Positions 43,046 to 54,094 of a DNA stretch of 64,000 bases are shown piece by piece. This DNA comes from Escherichia coli. Lineage in GTDB: Bacteria; Pseudomonadota; Gammaproteobacteria; Enterobacterales; Enterobacteriaceae. A program made the position numbers and the translations under genes. Under the pieces are notes generated by a model. It was not told where the DNA came from. It saw only the letters and a program-made list of their open reading frames with translations, and did no database searches. Location: the NCBI RefSeq assembly GCF_024700885.2, contig NZ_CP117016.1; one strand, written 5' to 3'. How positions within the stretch are numbered: the first letter of the stretch is position 1; every line of letters starts with the position of its first letter.

Positions 43046-43358
43046 ATGTCTTTAGATTCGCTGGCCTGCGGGCATGACAATGTCAAACAGTCAAAGATTG
43101 TGGCGTTGACGGTCAGTCTGGGTCGTAAAAACTTCCTGTTCTTCGGCTCTGACCATGGTGGTGAGCGGGGAGCGCTACTGTACAGCCTGATCGGGACGTG
43201 CAAACTGAATGACGTGGATCCAGAAAGCTACCTTCGCCATGTGCTTGGCGTCATAGCAGACTGGCCGGTCAACCGGGTCAGCGAACTGCTTCCGTGGCGT
43301 ATAGCACTGCCAGCTGAATAACACATCCCCGTCAATACGGCCCTCGCTGTACGCTTAC
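43046..43358 (+). mobile_element. IS66-family right-end fragment (TnpC tail plus terminal repeat)
   Basis: LGRKNFLFFGSDHGGERGALLYSLIGTCKLNDVDPESYLRHVL..., with the DNA ending ...ACGCTTAC (the characteristic GTAAGCG terminus). Confidence 0.8.
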
Positions 43359-43815
43359 GATTAGTGGTGGTGTCTTCCAGTGCGAGGAGCAGCGGATGAG
43401 CCTCACATGCCCTTGCAGTGGCGGTAAATCCGGCTTAGGCAATGGCTTCCGGGGACACAGACGGGTTACGTATCAGGCGGTACGCACTTTCAACCTGAGC
43501 AGTGGAGTGGGATGATTTCACAATAGAAAGACCTGCATGCTGAGCGAGAGAAGAGGCCAGTGACACAAGGCGTCGTGTACGACGCGGATCACCGAGACGG
43601 GCATGTCCAAACTGCTCGTTATCCCATGAATAACAATCAGAAAGTACCATAACAGACCCGAAGAAAATGAAATATAAGAGAAGATCAACGGGTGAAGAAA
43701 AAGTTCAAAAAATCGCTGCCGGGGAGGAAGGAAACTACCGAATGGAAAGAGTCCCCCTAAAGCAGACTGACAGACATCACAAATCCCCGGGTGGGGATTT
43801 GTGTATAAGAGACAG
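43359..43815 (-). pseudogene. IS4-family (IS50/Tn5-like) left-end remnant with a truncated transposase
   Basis: The minus-strand end CTGTCTCTTATACACAAATC resembles the Tn5 outside/mosaic ends. The N-terminus ...LGDPRRTRRLV...AYRLIRNPSVSPEAI parallels Tn5 Tnp. It has an in-frame stop and is cut at 43358/43359 by the IS66 end. Confidence 0.75.
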
Positions 43816-44113
43816 CCTGATAGGGGGGCGCATACATTATGCATACATACTCTCGGATATTGTAAAAGTTTTTTATATAATTACTAAGTTAGCTACCATC
43901 AATAAAATATTGACGTTAGCAGGTAACATCAACTTAATATATAAAAATATTCTTAGGTGAAAGTAACTGTTCAAGATAAAATAAAATCATCGCTTAAAAA
44001 GAAAAACACTCTCTTTGTTATATACGTACTCTGATAAATGCCAGATAAAACTATTAATTTTCATAAAAATATAATGCCATATATTATGATGCTATACATC
44101 TTACATATTCAAT

Positions 44114-44878
44114 TCAGATATATTTTAATTTTTCCGATAGTTCTTGACACGCATCAAGAACCAAAGTTGAATAATATTCAATTTTTTCTTTAGGTATCTG
44201 AATTTCCACGCCACTAATGCTGATAGCTGCAATTACTTCACGAGTCTGATTAAATACCGGAGCAGCAATACAATAAATTCCCGGTGAATCCTCTGCGTTA
44301 TCAAAAGCCCATCCACGTTCACGAATACGTGCAAATTCCTGTATTAGATCAGATTTACGAGTGATAGTTGTTTGCGTAAATCGTGGCAACGTTTCCTCAG
44401 GCAACAATGTGTCAATGACGTCTTGAGGTAACCACGCACATAAAGCCTTACCAACTCCAGAACTATGGAGTGGCAACTTCTTGCCTACCCACGTTCTGAT
44501 GCCAATTGGTTGTGTACTCTCGAGTTTCAAAATATAGATTGGAGCGACTTCATCGAGAATGCCCAGATGGCAGATAAGATCAGTACTGTCTCTCAGTTTT
44601 TCTAGAACCGGCCTCGCTACCTTACTGATGTCAAACTGCTCCAGAGATCGATTCCCCCATTCATACAATTTCAGCCCAAGAAAAAAACGCCCTCTTTCCT
44701 GACGTAACAGATGATGTTCGACAAGGGCATTCAGTAAAGATGATGTGCTGCTTTTTGGCAGATCCAGATCCTGCTGGATCTGGCTGAAGGTGGCGCCTGG
44801 AGAGCTAAAAAGGTAATTGCAGACTCTGACAGTTTTATCGAGTGCTGGTACCGATGTTCTGATGGTTTGATTATTCAT
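44114..44878 (-). CDS. IclR-family transcriptional regulator
   Basis: Start at MNNQTIRTSVPALDKTVRV, with a winged-helix N-terminus and an IclR effector domain. Divergent from the catabolic operon. Confidence 0.85.
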   Translation of the reverse strand: MNNQTIRTSVPALDKTVRVCNYLFSSPGATFSQIQQDLDLPKSSTSSLLNALVEHHLLRQERGRFFLGLKLYEWGNRSLEQFDISKVARPVLEKLRDSTDLICHLGILDEVAPIYILKLESTQPIGIRTWVGKKLPLHSSGVGKALCAWLPQDVIDTLLPEETLPRFTQTTITRKSDLIQEFARIRERGWAFDNAEDSPGIYCIAAPVFNQTREVIAAISISGVEIQIPKEKIEYYSTLVLDACQELSEKLKYI

Positions 44879-45078
44879 AAAAAAATATGATTCCTTACAA
44901 TACTGAATAGTATACCCCATTCCCCCTTGATGCGCAGCGGCGCTTAGCACACATATTATACATGGCCTCCGCGTACCGGCATGCCTCTATAAACCTGACT
45001 TATTTCACACTTTTCATATCGCATTGTAAAAACATTTGACATGCAAAACCTGAATTTGATTCACTTTATTCAGCATAA

Positions 45079-45107
45079 AGAACTTATGTTCCATATACAG
45101 AACTTAG
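45079..45107 (+). promoter_or_regulatory. candidate IclR operator
   Basis: AGAACTTA is repeated at 45079 and 45099. The first copy is part of the GAAC-TTAT-GTTC inverted repeat, immediately upstream of the aldolase start. Confidence 0.35.
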
Positions 45108-45117
45108 TGAGAGTGAT

Positions 45118-46017
45118 ATGTTGACAGCGTTTAGAGGTATTTTCCCGCCAGTTCCTACAATTGTTGACGCACAAGGGAAACTAGATAAGGCTGGCATGGC
45201 CCGGATGATCGACCATGTTTTAGAAAATGGTGCAAACGGGATGTTGATCCTTGGCAGTGGGGGAGAATTCTCACAATTTTCTTCCCAGCAACGAAAAGAG
45301 ATAGCTGCATTTTGCTTAAGTCATGTAGATGGCAAAGTGCCTGTTCTGGTGGGGATCGCCTGCGCGGGAACTGCAGAAACTATTGATTTAGGACATCATG
45401 CACAGGAGCACGGAGCTGATGGTGTGATGGTGGTGAATCCGTATTATGCAAAACTCAGCGATGATGCCCGGTTTATGCATTACAAATCTATTGCCGATTC
45501 ACTTAAAATTCCAGTGTTTCTCTATAACTTTCCTGATCTGACCGGTCAGGATATTGGGCTTGAGGTCATTACCCGGCTGGCCCGGGAAGTTCCAAATATC
45601 GTGGGTATCAAGGATACCATCGATAATATCAGCCATACCCGGGAAGTCATCAACCGTGTACATGCTTTTCGTCCGGATTTCATTATATTCAGCGGATATG
45701 ACGAATATATGCTGGATACCCTGTTACTGGGCGGCCATGGTGGTATTCCGGCGACATTCAATTTTGCTCCAAATATCACACGTGGTATTTATCAGGCCGT
45801 TATGGAAAATGATCTTGATAAAGCACGTTCTTTTCAGCAACAACTGGCAAAACTGTCTCCGTTATACACACTGGAGCAGCCTTTCTTTGGCGTGATAAAA
45901 ACTGCCATCAAACTGAGTGGACTGGACATATCTACTGCAGTTATGGCACCGGCTCTTCCGCTCAGTGATGACAAGGTCGCCAGGGTGAAAGCCATTCTGG
46001 AACACATTCACCAGTGA
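45118..46017 (+). CDS. DapA/NanA (class I aldolase, DHDPS) family protein
   Basis: 299 aa with GSGGEF, YNFPDLTG and the Schiff-base region VGIKDT. Confidence 0.85.
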   Translation: MLTAFRGIFPPVPTIVDAQGKLDKAGMARMIDHVLENGANGMLILGSGGEFSQFSSQQRKEIAAFCLSHVDGKVPVLVGIACAGTAETIDLGHHAQEHGADGVMVVNPYYAKLSDDARFMHYKSIADSLKIPVFLYNFPDLTGQDIGLEVITRLAREVPNIVGIKDTIDNISHTREVINRVHAFRPDFIIFSGYDEYMLDTLLLGGHGGIPATFNFAPNITRGIYQAVMENDLDKARSFQQQLAKLSPLYTLEQPFFGVIKTAIKLSGLDISTAVMAPALPLSDDKVARVKAILEHIHQ

Positions 46018-46033
46018 TTACGAGGATCGTAAG

Positions 46034-47551
46034 ATGAATAAGACTCCGATACTCAAATTAAATAACTCGGATGATGTCGTTATTGCCAGGACAGAACTTC
46101 CTGCCGGAAGCTGGCTGGAATCTGAAAGTATGGAAACACGTGACCTTATTCCGGCAGGGCACAAAATTGCTCTTCGGGATATTCCGGCCGGCAGTGCCGT
46201 TAAACGCTATGGACAGATAATCGGTTTTGCGACCCGTGACATCCGACAGGGCGAACATATTCATGTGCATAATCTCGGTATGGGGAGTTTTGAGCGTGAT
46301 TATGCCTGGGGGATAGACAGTCATCTTCCGGAAAAGGATGTTCATCAGGATACCTTTATGGGGATCCGCAGAAAAGACGGACGGGTGGCAACCCGTAATT
46401 ATATTGGTGTACTGAGTTCTGTAAACTGTAGTGCAACCGTAGTAAGGGCAATTGAAGATCATTTCCGTACCCGTGGTCTCAGTGATTACCCTAATGTGGA
46501 TGGTATTGTTGCCCTCCCACAAAGTTTTGGTTGTGCCTTTGGCTCTGACAGCGAAATGATGAAAGTCATGCGGAGGACAATGGCAGGCTATGCCACGCAC
46601 GCGAACTTTGCCGGGATCGTGATCGTGGGACTGGGATGTGAATCATTCCAGATTAAGGACATGATGAATGCCCACGGATTACATGAAAGTCCTGTATTCC
46701 ATACAATGACTATTCAGGAAAGCGGCGGAACACGTAACGCTATAGAAAAAGGTATTTCCTTCATTCTCGACATGCTCCCGGAAGCCAACAATGTCAAACG
46801 AGAACCAGTTCCGGTATCAGAAATCATTCTGGCTCTTGAGTGTGGCGGCTCTGATAGCTATTCAGGAATTTCCGCTAATCCGGCTCTCGGGTACGCAGTT
46901 GATCGCCTGGTTCGCCAGGGAGGAACGGCTATTCTGTCGGAAACATCGGAAATTTATGGAGCAGAACACCTTCTGACACGCCGTGCCATTAGTCGCGAAG
47001 TTGGCGAGAAACTAATCCGCAGAATTAAGTGGTGGGAAGAGTACTGTAAACGTACAGGGAGTGAAATGAATAACAACCCTTCTGCAGGTAATAAAGCGGG
47101 GGGACTGACCACTGTTCTGGAGAAATCGCTGGGAGGGATAGCAAAAGCTGGTACAACCAGCTTAATGGATGTATATGAATATGCTGAACCGGTGACAGCA
47201 AAAGGGCTTGTCTTTATGGATACCCCCGGATATGACCCGATGGCAGTAACCGGACAAATCGCCGGAGGAGCCAACCTGCTGTGTTTTACCACGGGCAGGG
47301 GATCTGCCTTTGGCGCAAAACCCACTCCTTGTCTGAAACTGTCAACCAATAACGCACTATGGCAACGGCAGCGCGACGACATGGATTTAAACTGTGGCAC
47401 GATTGTTGATGGCGAAGAAACAATAGAACAGGTTGGAGAACGTATTTATCAGAGAATTATTGAGCTGGCTTCAGGTCATCGTAGTCGAAGTGAAGAGCTG
47501 GGTTATGGGAGCCAGGAATTCGTTCCCTGGATAATGAACTCAATCATGTAA
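46034..47551 (+). CDS. UxaA/GarD-family sugar-acid dehydratase (SAF N-terminal domain)
   Basis: 505 aa, collinear with remembered GarD/UxaA blocks (GHKIAL, LECGGSDSYSGISANPALGY, PSAGNKAGGLTTVLEKSLG, TTGRGS). Confidence 0.85.
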   Translation: MNKTPILKLNNSDDVVIARTELPAGSWLESESMETRDLIPAGHKIALRDIPAGSAVKRYGQIIGFATRDIRQGEHIHVHNLGMGSFERDYAWGIDSHLPEKDVHQDTFMGIRRKDGRVATRNYIGVLSSVNCSATVVRAIEDHFRTRGLSDYPNVDGIVALPQSFGCAFGSDSEMMKVMRRTMAGYATHANFAGIVIVGLGCESFQIKDMMNAHGLHESPVFHTMTIQESGGTRNAIEKGISFILDMLPEANNVKREPVPVSEIILALECGGSDSYSGISANPALGYAVDRLVRQGGTAILSETSEIYGAEHLLTRRAISREVGEKLIRRIKWWEEYCKRTGSEMNNNPSAGNKAGGLTTVLEKSLGGIAKAGTTSLMDVYEYAEPVTAKGLVFMDTPGYDPMAVTGQIAGGANLLCFTTGRGSAFGAKPTPCLKLSTNNALWQRQRDDMDLNCGTIVDGEETIEQVGERIYQRIIELASGHRSRSEELGYGSQEFVPWIMNSIM

Positions 47552-47628
47552 TAACTACAGGCATAATTTGTTTTGCCCGGAAATAAGGAAACAAACTGAA
47601 TCCTGTTTTTGATAATTAGAGGTGAATA

Positions 47629-48636
47629 ATGGAACGTAAACCAGTACTGGGCATTTTTTTAGGTGAAGCTGCCGGCATTGGACCTGAACTGGTTGCCAAA
47701 GTCGTAGCTGATGGTACTGTCTATAAATATTGCAGACCTGTTCTGATTGGCGATGCCCGGGTACTTGCTCTTGGGCAAGAGATTGCTGGTGTGGATTTTC
47801 AGTGGGATGTCATCAGTGATCCCACTGAAGCTGACTGGACTACGGGAAATGTACCATTACTTGATTTGAAAAATTTTAATCCCGAAAAACTAACTATGGG
47901 CACCATTGACACTGCCTCAGGTTATGCAACAGGAGAATCACTGGTAACCTGTATGTCATTACTTAAATCAGGTAAAATTGACGGTTTTGTTTTCGCTCCA
48001 CTCAATAAAGAAGCGTTCAAGAAGGGGGGCTGGGATATTGAGGACGAACATTATCTCTTTGCTGAGCAGTTAGGATACTTGGATAAACCACGTGGCCTGT
48101 TGAATGTCCTTGATGACCTCTGGGTTTTTCGCGTGACGGGACATATTCCATTCAAAGATATTGCCAGCCATATTACACCAGAAAATGTCAGTCGTTCGAT
48201 TCAGTTATGCTACGATACATTAAAGATGGCGGGTTATAAATCACCTCGCATTGCAGTTGCGGCACTAAATCCTCATGCTGGTGATGGTGGTACATGTGGC
48301 ACTGAGGAAATAGATGTACTTATCCCTGTAATTGAAATGTTTCGGGAGAAAGGAATGGATATGTACGGTCCTGTCCCAGGGGACACCATCTTTATTCATG
48401 CATTTAATCATGAATATGATGCGATCGTTACCCTGTTCCATGATCAAGGACAAATTGCCACCAAGCTTCATTCCTTTGATGTGGGCATAACTGTAGCCGC
48501 CGGGCTTCCATTTGCTATAACAACACCGGAACATGGCACTGCATTTGATATTGCAGGTAAGGGGATCGCAAAAACAATGGCTACAGAGAGGGCTATTGCT
48601 GTTGCAGCCAGAATGGCATCAACAACACAGAAATAA
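47629..48636 (+). CDS. PdxA-family NAD(P)-dependent hydroxy-acid dehydrogenase
   Basis: 335 aa with the PdxA signatures LNPHAGDGG and EHGTAFDIAGKGIA. Confidence 0.8.
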   Translation: MERKPVLGIFLGEAAGIGPELVAKVVADGTVYKYCRPVLIGDARVLALGQEIAGVDFQWDVISDPTEADWTTGNVPLLDLKNFNPEKLTMGTIDTASGYATGESLVTCMSLLKSGKIDGFVFAPLNKEAFKKGGWDIEDEHYLFAEQLGYLDKPRGLLNVLDDLWVFRVTGHIPFKDIASHITPENVSRSIQLCYDTLKMAGYKSPRIAVAALNPHAGDGGTCGTEEIDVLIPVIEMFREKGMDMYGPVPGDTIFIHAFNHEYDAIVTLFHDQGQIATKLHSFDVGITVAAGLPFAITTPEHGTAFDIAGKGIAKTMATERAIAVAARMASTTQK

Positions 48637-48937
48637 TTTTTATAATAGCAGATAATAATACAATATATAACTTATATTGAGGGATATAGATATTATCTGC
48701 ATTAAAATGAGCTTTATAAAATGTCTTTATAAAGTTATCGCAAGTAATAGTGACTGTTTAAAATAGCAATAGACTATTTTATCTTCTAAGGAATACGATA
48801 CAGTCTATTGTTGGACTTATAGGAGCACTACTTCTCGGAACTATTCTTTGTTAGTAATTTCGCAATCAATATCCAGAAAGTAAAATCAAATTTTAACATA
48901 TTTAGTCTAATAGGTGTATTATTAAAGGAGAATAATT

Positions 48938-50203
48938 ATGTCCGCCTATGAGAAAGCAACAAATATAAGATGGAGAATATTTTTTGTACTTTTCCTTCTT
49001 GTTGTTGTCAGTATGATTGATCGAGCCTCAATATCTATAGCTATGCCTACTATTGCTAAAGATCTGGGATTAAGCGATACGATGCAAGGACTAATCTTGA
49101 GTGGTTTTTTCTGGACTTATGCATGCATGCAAATACCGGGTGGATTTTTAGCCGATAAATTTGGGGCAAGAATTATATTAGCATGCTCGGCAATACTTTG
49201 GGGAACTGCAGAAGCACTATTAGGGTTATGCCCAACAGGCTTTGCCTTACTTGCTGCTAATCTATTGCTTGGTGCAAGTGAAGCACCTGTATTTCCTTCT
49301 GGAGCCAGACTGAATGCAATCTGGCTTAACAAAAATGAAAGAGCTCGGGGAGCAACACTAATGGATGCAGGAGGGCCATTTGGTGCTGCAATTGGAGGAA
49401 TATTAGTAGCTGAAATGATGTTATATTTTACATCATGGCGGATTACCTTCATTATTTGTGGCATCGCAGCTATAACTCTGGGGCTAATCGCATACTGGGT
49501 TATTCGCGACAGGCCTGAAGATTCGCCAAGAGTGAATAACAAAGAACTGGGAATCATTAATCTCGATCGTGTTGTACAAGATACAGTAGAAGAAAATAAT
49601 GATCCCTTATTAAAAGTGATTCCACTACGTTCCTTCATCGGCATGCTTCTAGGCCGTTGTTCATGGGCTATGTGTTTCTTTGGTTTATTAACATGGGGGC
49701 CGGGATATCTTACACGAGCATTAAACCTGGATTTAAAAGCCGTTGGGTTTGCCACAATGATCGTTTTCTGTGCAGGTGGTTGTGGTAGCCTTTGTGGAGG
49801 ATGGCTCGCAGATAAACTTGCAAGTAAAGGGTTCGGACAGGCTAGATCATGTAAATTTCTATTAACAGTGTCAGGTATCTGCACGCTTATATCATTTGCT
49901 TTATTACCAAGTATTCCTGACGTAAAAACATCGATTATTTTACTGTCCTGCGCTGCATTTGTTTTAATGTGGGGAAGTATGTACTGGACATTCCCTCCTT
50001 TACTGGCACCCCGTTCTCGCGTAGCTACCGTCGGAGGAATGATGAATATGGCGGGAAGTGTTGGGGGCATTTGCATTCCTTTATTAGTAGGACTTATTTT
50101 AGATGTAACAAATTCATTCAATCCTGTACTCTATTTCTTTGCTGGTTGCGCAGTGATATTTATTTTAATGACAAACATTATTGATTTACGACACGTGCGA
50201 TAG
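48938..50203 (+). CDS. MFS transporter, anion:cation symporter (DgoT/GudP-like) type
   Basis: 421 aa and about 12 TM helices, with DRASISIAMP...QIPGGFLADKFGAR similar to sugar-acid MFS permeases. SD AAGGAG upstream. Confidence 0.85.
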   Translation: MSAYEKATNIRWRIFFVLFLLVVVSMIDRASISIAMPTIAKDLGLSDTMQGLILSGFFWTYACMQIPGGFLADKFGARIILACSAILWGTAEALLGLCPTGFALLAANLLLGASEAPVFPSGARLNAIWLNKNERARGATLMDAGGPFGAAIGGILVAEMMLYFTSWRITFIICGIAAITLGLIAYWVIRDRPEDSPRVNNKELGIINLDRVVQDTVEENNDPLLKVIPLRSFIGMLLGRCSWAMCFFGLLTWGPGYLTRALNLDLKAVGFATMIVFCAGGCGSLCGGWLADKLASKGFGQARSCKFLLTVSGICTLISFALLPSIPDVKTSIILLSCAAFVLMWGSMYWTFPPLLAPRSRVATVGGMMNMAGSVGGICIPLLVGLILDVTNSFNPVLYFFAGCAVIFILMTNIIDLRHVR

Positions 50204-50212
50204 GAGATAAAT

Positions 50213-51169
50213 ATGAACATTAAGCCACTAAATTTATATGATGGTCCTGTAATCGATGCTCATCATCATTTCTGGGATCCGATAAAAAACGATCATCCTT
50301 GGTTGAAACCGGATGTTTTAATTCCTTTTAGATATGGTGATTATACAGCCATTAAGAGAAAATATTATCCAGAAGATTATTTTGCAGATGTAGGTGATAT
50401 TAATATTGTTGAAACATGTTATATGGAAACTGAATGGAATCCAACGGATCCATGTGGTGAAAGCGATTTCATTACATCAGTGGCAAAAATGACAGGTTAT
50501 CCAAATGCTGTTGTCGGTCAGGCTTGGTTAAACCATGATGATATAGATTCTGTATTAAAAATGCAGAGCTCATATAAGCTAATGCGAAGCATCAGACATA
50601 AACCTGAAGGCCCGGATAAACCAGAAGATGTTGGACAGTATACCACACTGATGAGTGATGAAAAATGGCGATATGGCTATTCGTTACTTTCGAAATATAA
50701 TTTAATGTTTGACCTTCAGACCCAGTGGTGGAACCTGCATGAAGCAGTAAAACTTGCAAATGATTTTCCAGATACAGTCATAATACTTAACCATACAGGA
50801 CTTCCTGCACAACGATCTGCTGAAGGGCTTGCCGGTTGGCATTCAGCAATGGCTTCTTTAGCTGAGTGTCAAAATGTTATGGTCAAAATTTCGGGAATAG
50901 GTTTAAAAGGAATCCCATGGACAATGGAGAATAATTTATGGATTATATCTGAAACCTTATCAATGTTTGGTCCTGACAGGGTAATGTTTGCAAGCAATTT
51001 CCCCGTAGATAGCCTTTGTGGCAGCTTTACTAATATATTCCATGGTTTTATGACAGTGTGTGAAATGAAAGGATATTCGCATGCCGCTCAGCGGAAGATG
51101 TTTCATGACAATTGTAAGAGAATTTATCGAACAATCCCACCACATAAATTGAAAGAAAAGCATAGCTAA
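50213..51169 (+). CDS. amidohydrolase-2 family protein (sugar-lactonase-like)
   Basis: 318 aa. The N-terminal IDAHHHFWDP metal-binding motif resembles the L-fucono/L-rhamnono-lactonase type amidohydrolase-2 enzymes. Confidence 0.75.
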   Translation: MNIKPLNLYDGPVIDAHHHFWDPIKNDHPWLKPDVLIPFRYGDYTAIKRKYYPEDYFADVGDINIVETCYMETEWNPTDPCGESDFITSVAKMTGYPNAVVGQAWLNHDDIDSVLKMQSSYKLMRSIRHKPEGPDKPEDVGQYTTLMSDEKWRYGYSLLSKYNLMFDLQTQWWNLHEAVKLANDFPDTVIILNHTGLPAQRSAEGLAGWHSAMASLAECQNVMVKISGIGLKGIPWTMENNLWIISETLSMFGPDRVMFASNFPVDSLCGSFTNIFHGFMTVCEMKGYSHAAQRKMFHDNCKRIYRTIPPHKLKEKHS

Positions 51170-51676
51170 TAACCATACAACAAAACCTGATATTTATTGT
51201 GATATATAACGTATCAAACTTTATAACTTTTAAATATATGTTATGTTCATACTATGTCGAATGATAGTGCTCAAGTAGCACATCTAAAAAGACAATGCAA
51301 AACAGTAATAACCCCCCTTGCTAAAAAAAGGGGGGTATCATCCCTACACCGTCTCCAAAGGAGATGGAGATAGTTCCTATAAGGTCATAGCCTAAAAAAT
51401 ACCTATGACGGAATATCTCAACTTACTCACCACAATTAAAAAGAGACAAAATGACATGGAGTTTATGTGACCTCATCCCATTTTGCACAGCCTCCATTGT
51501 TCTGACATTGACGGCAGGTTGCCGCTTTATATCCGGCTTTATTGCAGCCATAAAGTTATGTGCCACTATATAATTCTCTGACTCACACTTCATTTACTGC
51601 ACGGGCTTCAAGCCCAAACCTCATGCAGGTTTAGTGAGTCCCAATCTTACCTGTCTTTATCATCTGTCACGAACGA

Positions 51677-53249
<1,573 letters not shown>

Positions 53250-53297
53250 TGAAATTCCTGAGAGAATAGTGGACACCAAATATGGTGGACGCTATCC

Positions 53298-53702
53298 ATG
53301 AAATCATTAACCGCAGTGCGTAAAAAAAGCCCTAATTATCCCGTTGAGTTCAAAATCAAAATGGTTGAACTCTCGCATCGACCAGAGATCTCCGTAGCGC
53401 AACTCGCTCGTGAGCATGGGATCAACGATAATTTGCTGTTCAAGTGGCGCCAGTACTGGCGCGAAGGAAAACTACGTCCTCCTTCAACAACAGAAAACAA
53501 CGTGCCTGAGCTGCTCCCGATAACACTTGATGCCGAAGATGTTGTCCCTACAACCTCCCCCCGGTCACAACCTGTAGCTGCTGCGACACCTGAATCACTC
53601 AATATCAGCTGTGAAGTGACGTTCCGGCACGGATCACTCCGTCTGAATGGTGCCATCAGCGAAAATATCCTGAACCTGCTGATACGGGAGCTCAAACGTT
53701 GA
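53298..53702 (+). CDS. IS66-family TnpA (HTH)
   Basis: 134 aa with VAQLAREHGINDNLLFKWRQ. Confidence 0.85.
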   Translation: MKSLTAVRKKSPNYPVEFKIKMVELSHRPEISVAQLAREHGINDNLLFKWRQYWREGKLRPPSTTENNVPELLPITLDAEDVVPTTSPRSQPVAAATPESLNISCEVTFRHGSLRLNGAISENILNLLIRELKR

Positions 53703-54046
53703 TCCCATTACCATCAGGGACAAAGATCTGGCTGGTCGCTGGCATCACCGATATGAGAAACGGCTTCAACGGCCTGGCGGCAAAGGTGCAGACGACGCTG
53801 AAAGACGATCCGATGTCAGGTCACGTTTTTATCTTCCGTGGGCGTAATGGCAGTCAGGTAAAGCTCCTCTGGTCTACCGGCGATGGACTGTGTCTGCTGA
53901 CCAAACGGCTGGAGCGCGGCCGCTTCGCCTGGCCGTCAGCCCGGGATGGCAAAGTGTTCCTCACACCGGCACAGCTGGCGATGCTGCTGGAAGGTATCGA
54001 CTGGCGGCAGCCTAAAAGACTACTTACGTCCCTGACTATGTTGTAA
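53699..54046 (+). CDS. IS66-family TnpB
   Basis: 115 aa starting MIPLPSGTKIWLVAGITDMRNGFNGLAAKV. Overlaps the tnpA stop (ATGA). Confidence 0.88.
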   Translation: MIPLPSGTKIWLVAGITDMRNGFNGLAAKVQTTLKDDPMSGHVFIFRGRNGSQVKLLWSTGDGLCLLTKRLERGRFAWPSARDGKVFLTPAQLAMLLEGIDWRQPKRLLTSLTML

Positions 54047-54094
54047 GCCTCTTTATCCTGGTCGACGCTGAATGAGCCTGGTAATATACCCGGT

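Noticed and set aside
51311-51336. The ACCCCCCTT...AAGGGGGGT hairpin after the amidohydrolase gene, considered as the operon terminator.
   Set aside because: The stem is good but there is no U-run on the plus strand after it. It lies 140 bp beyond the stop codon, so it is not called as a feature.
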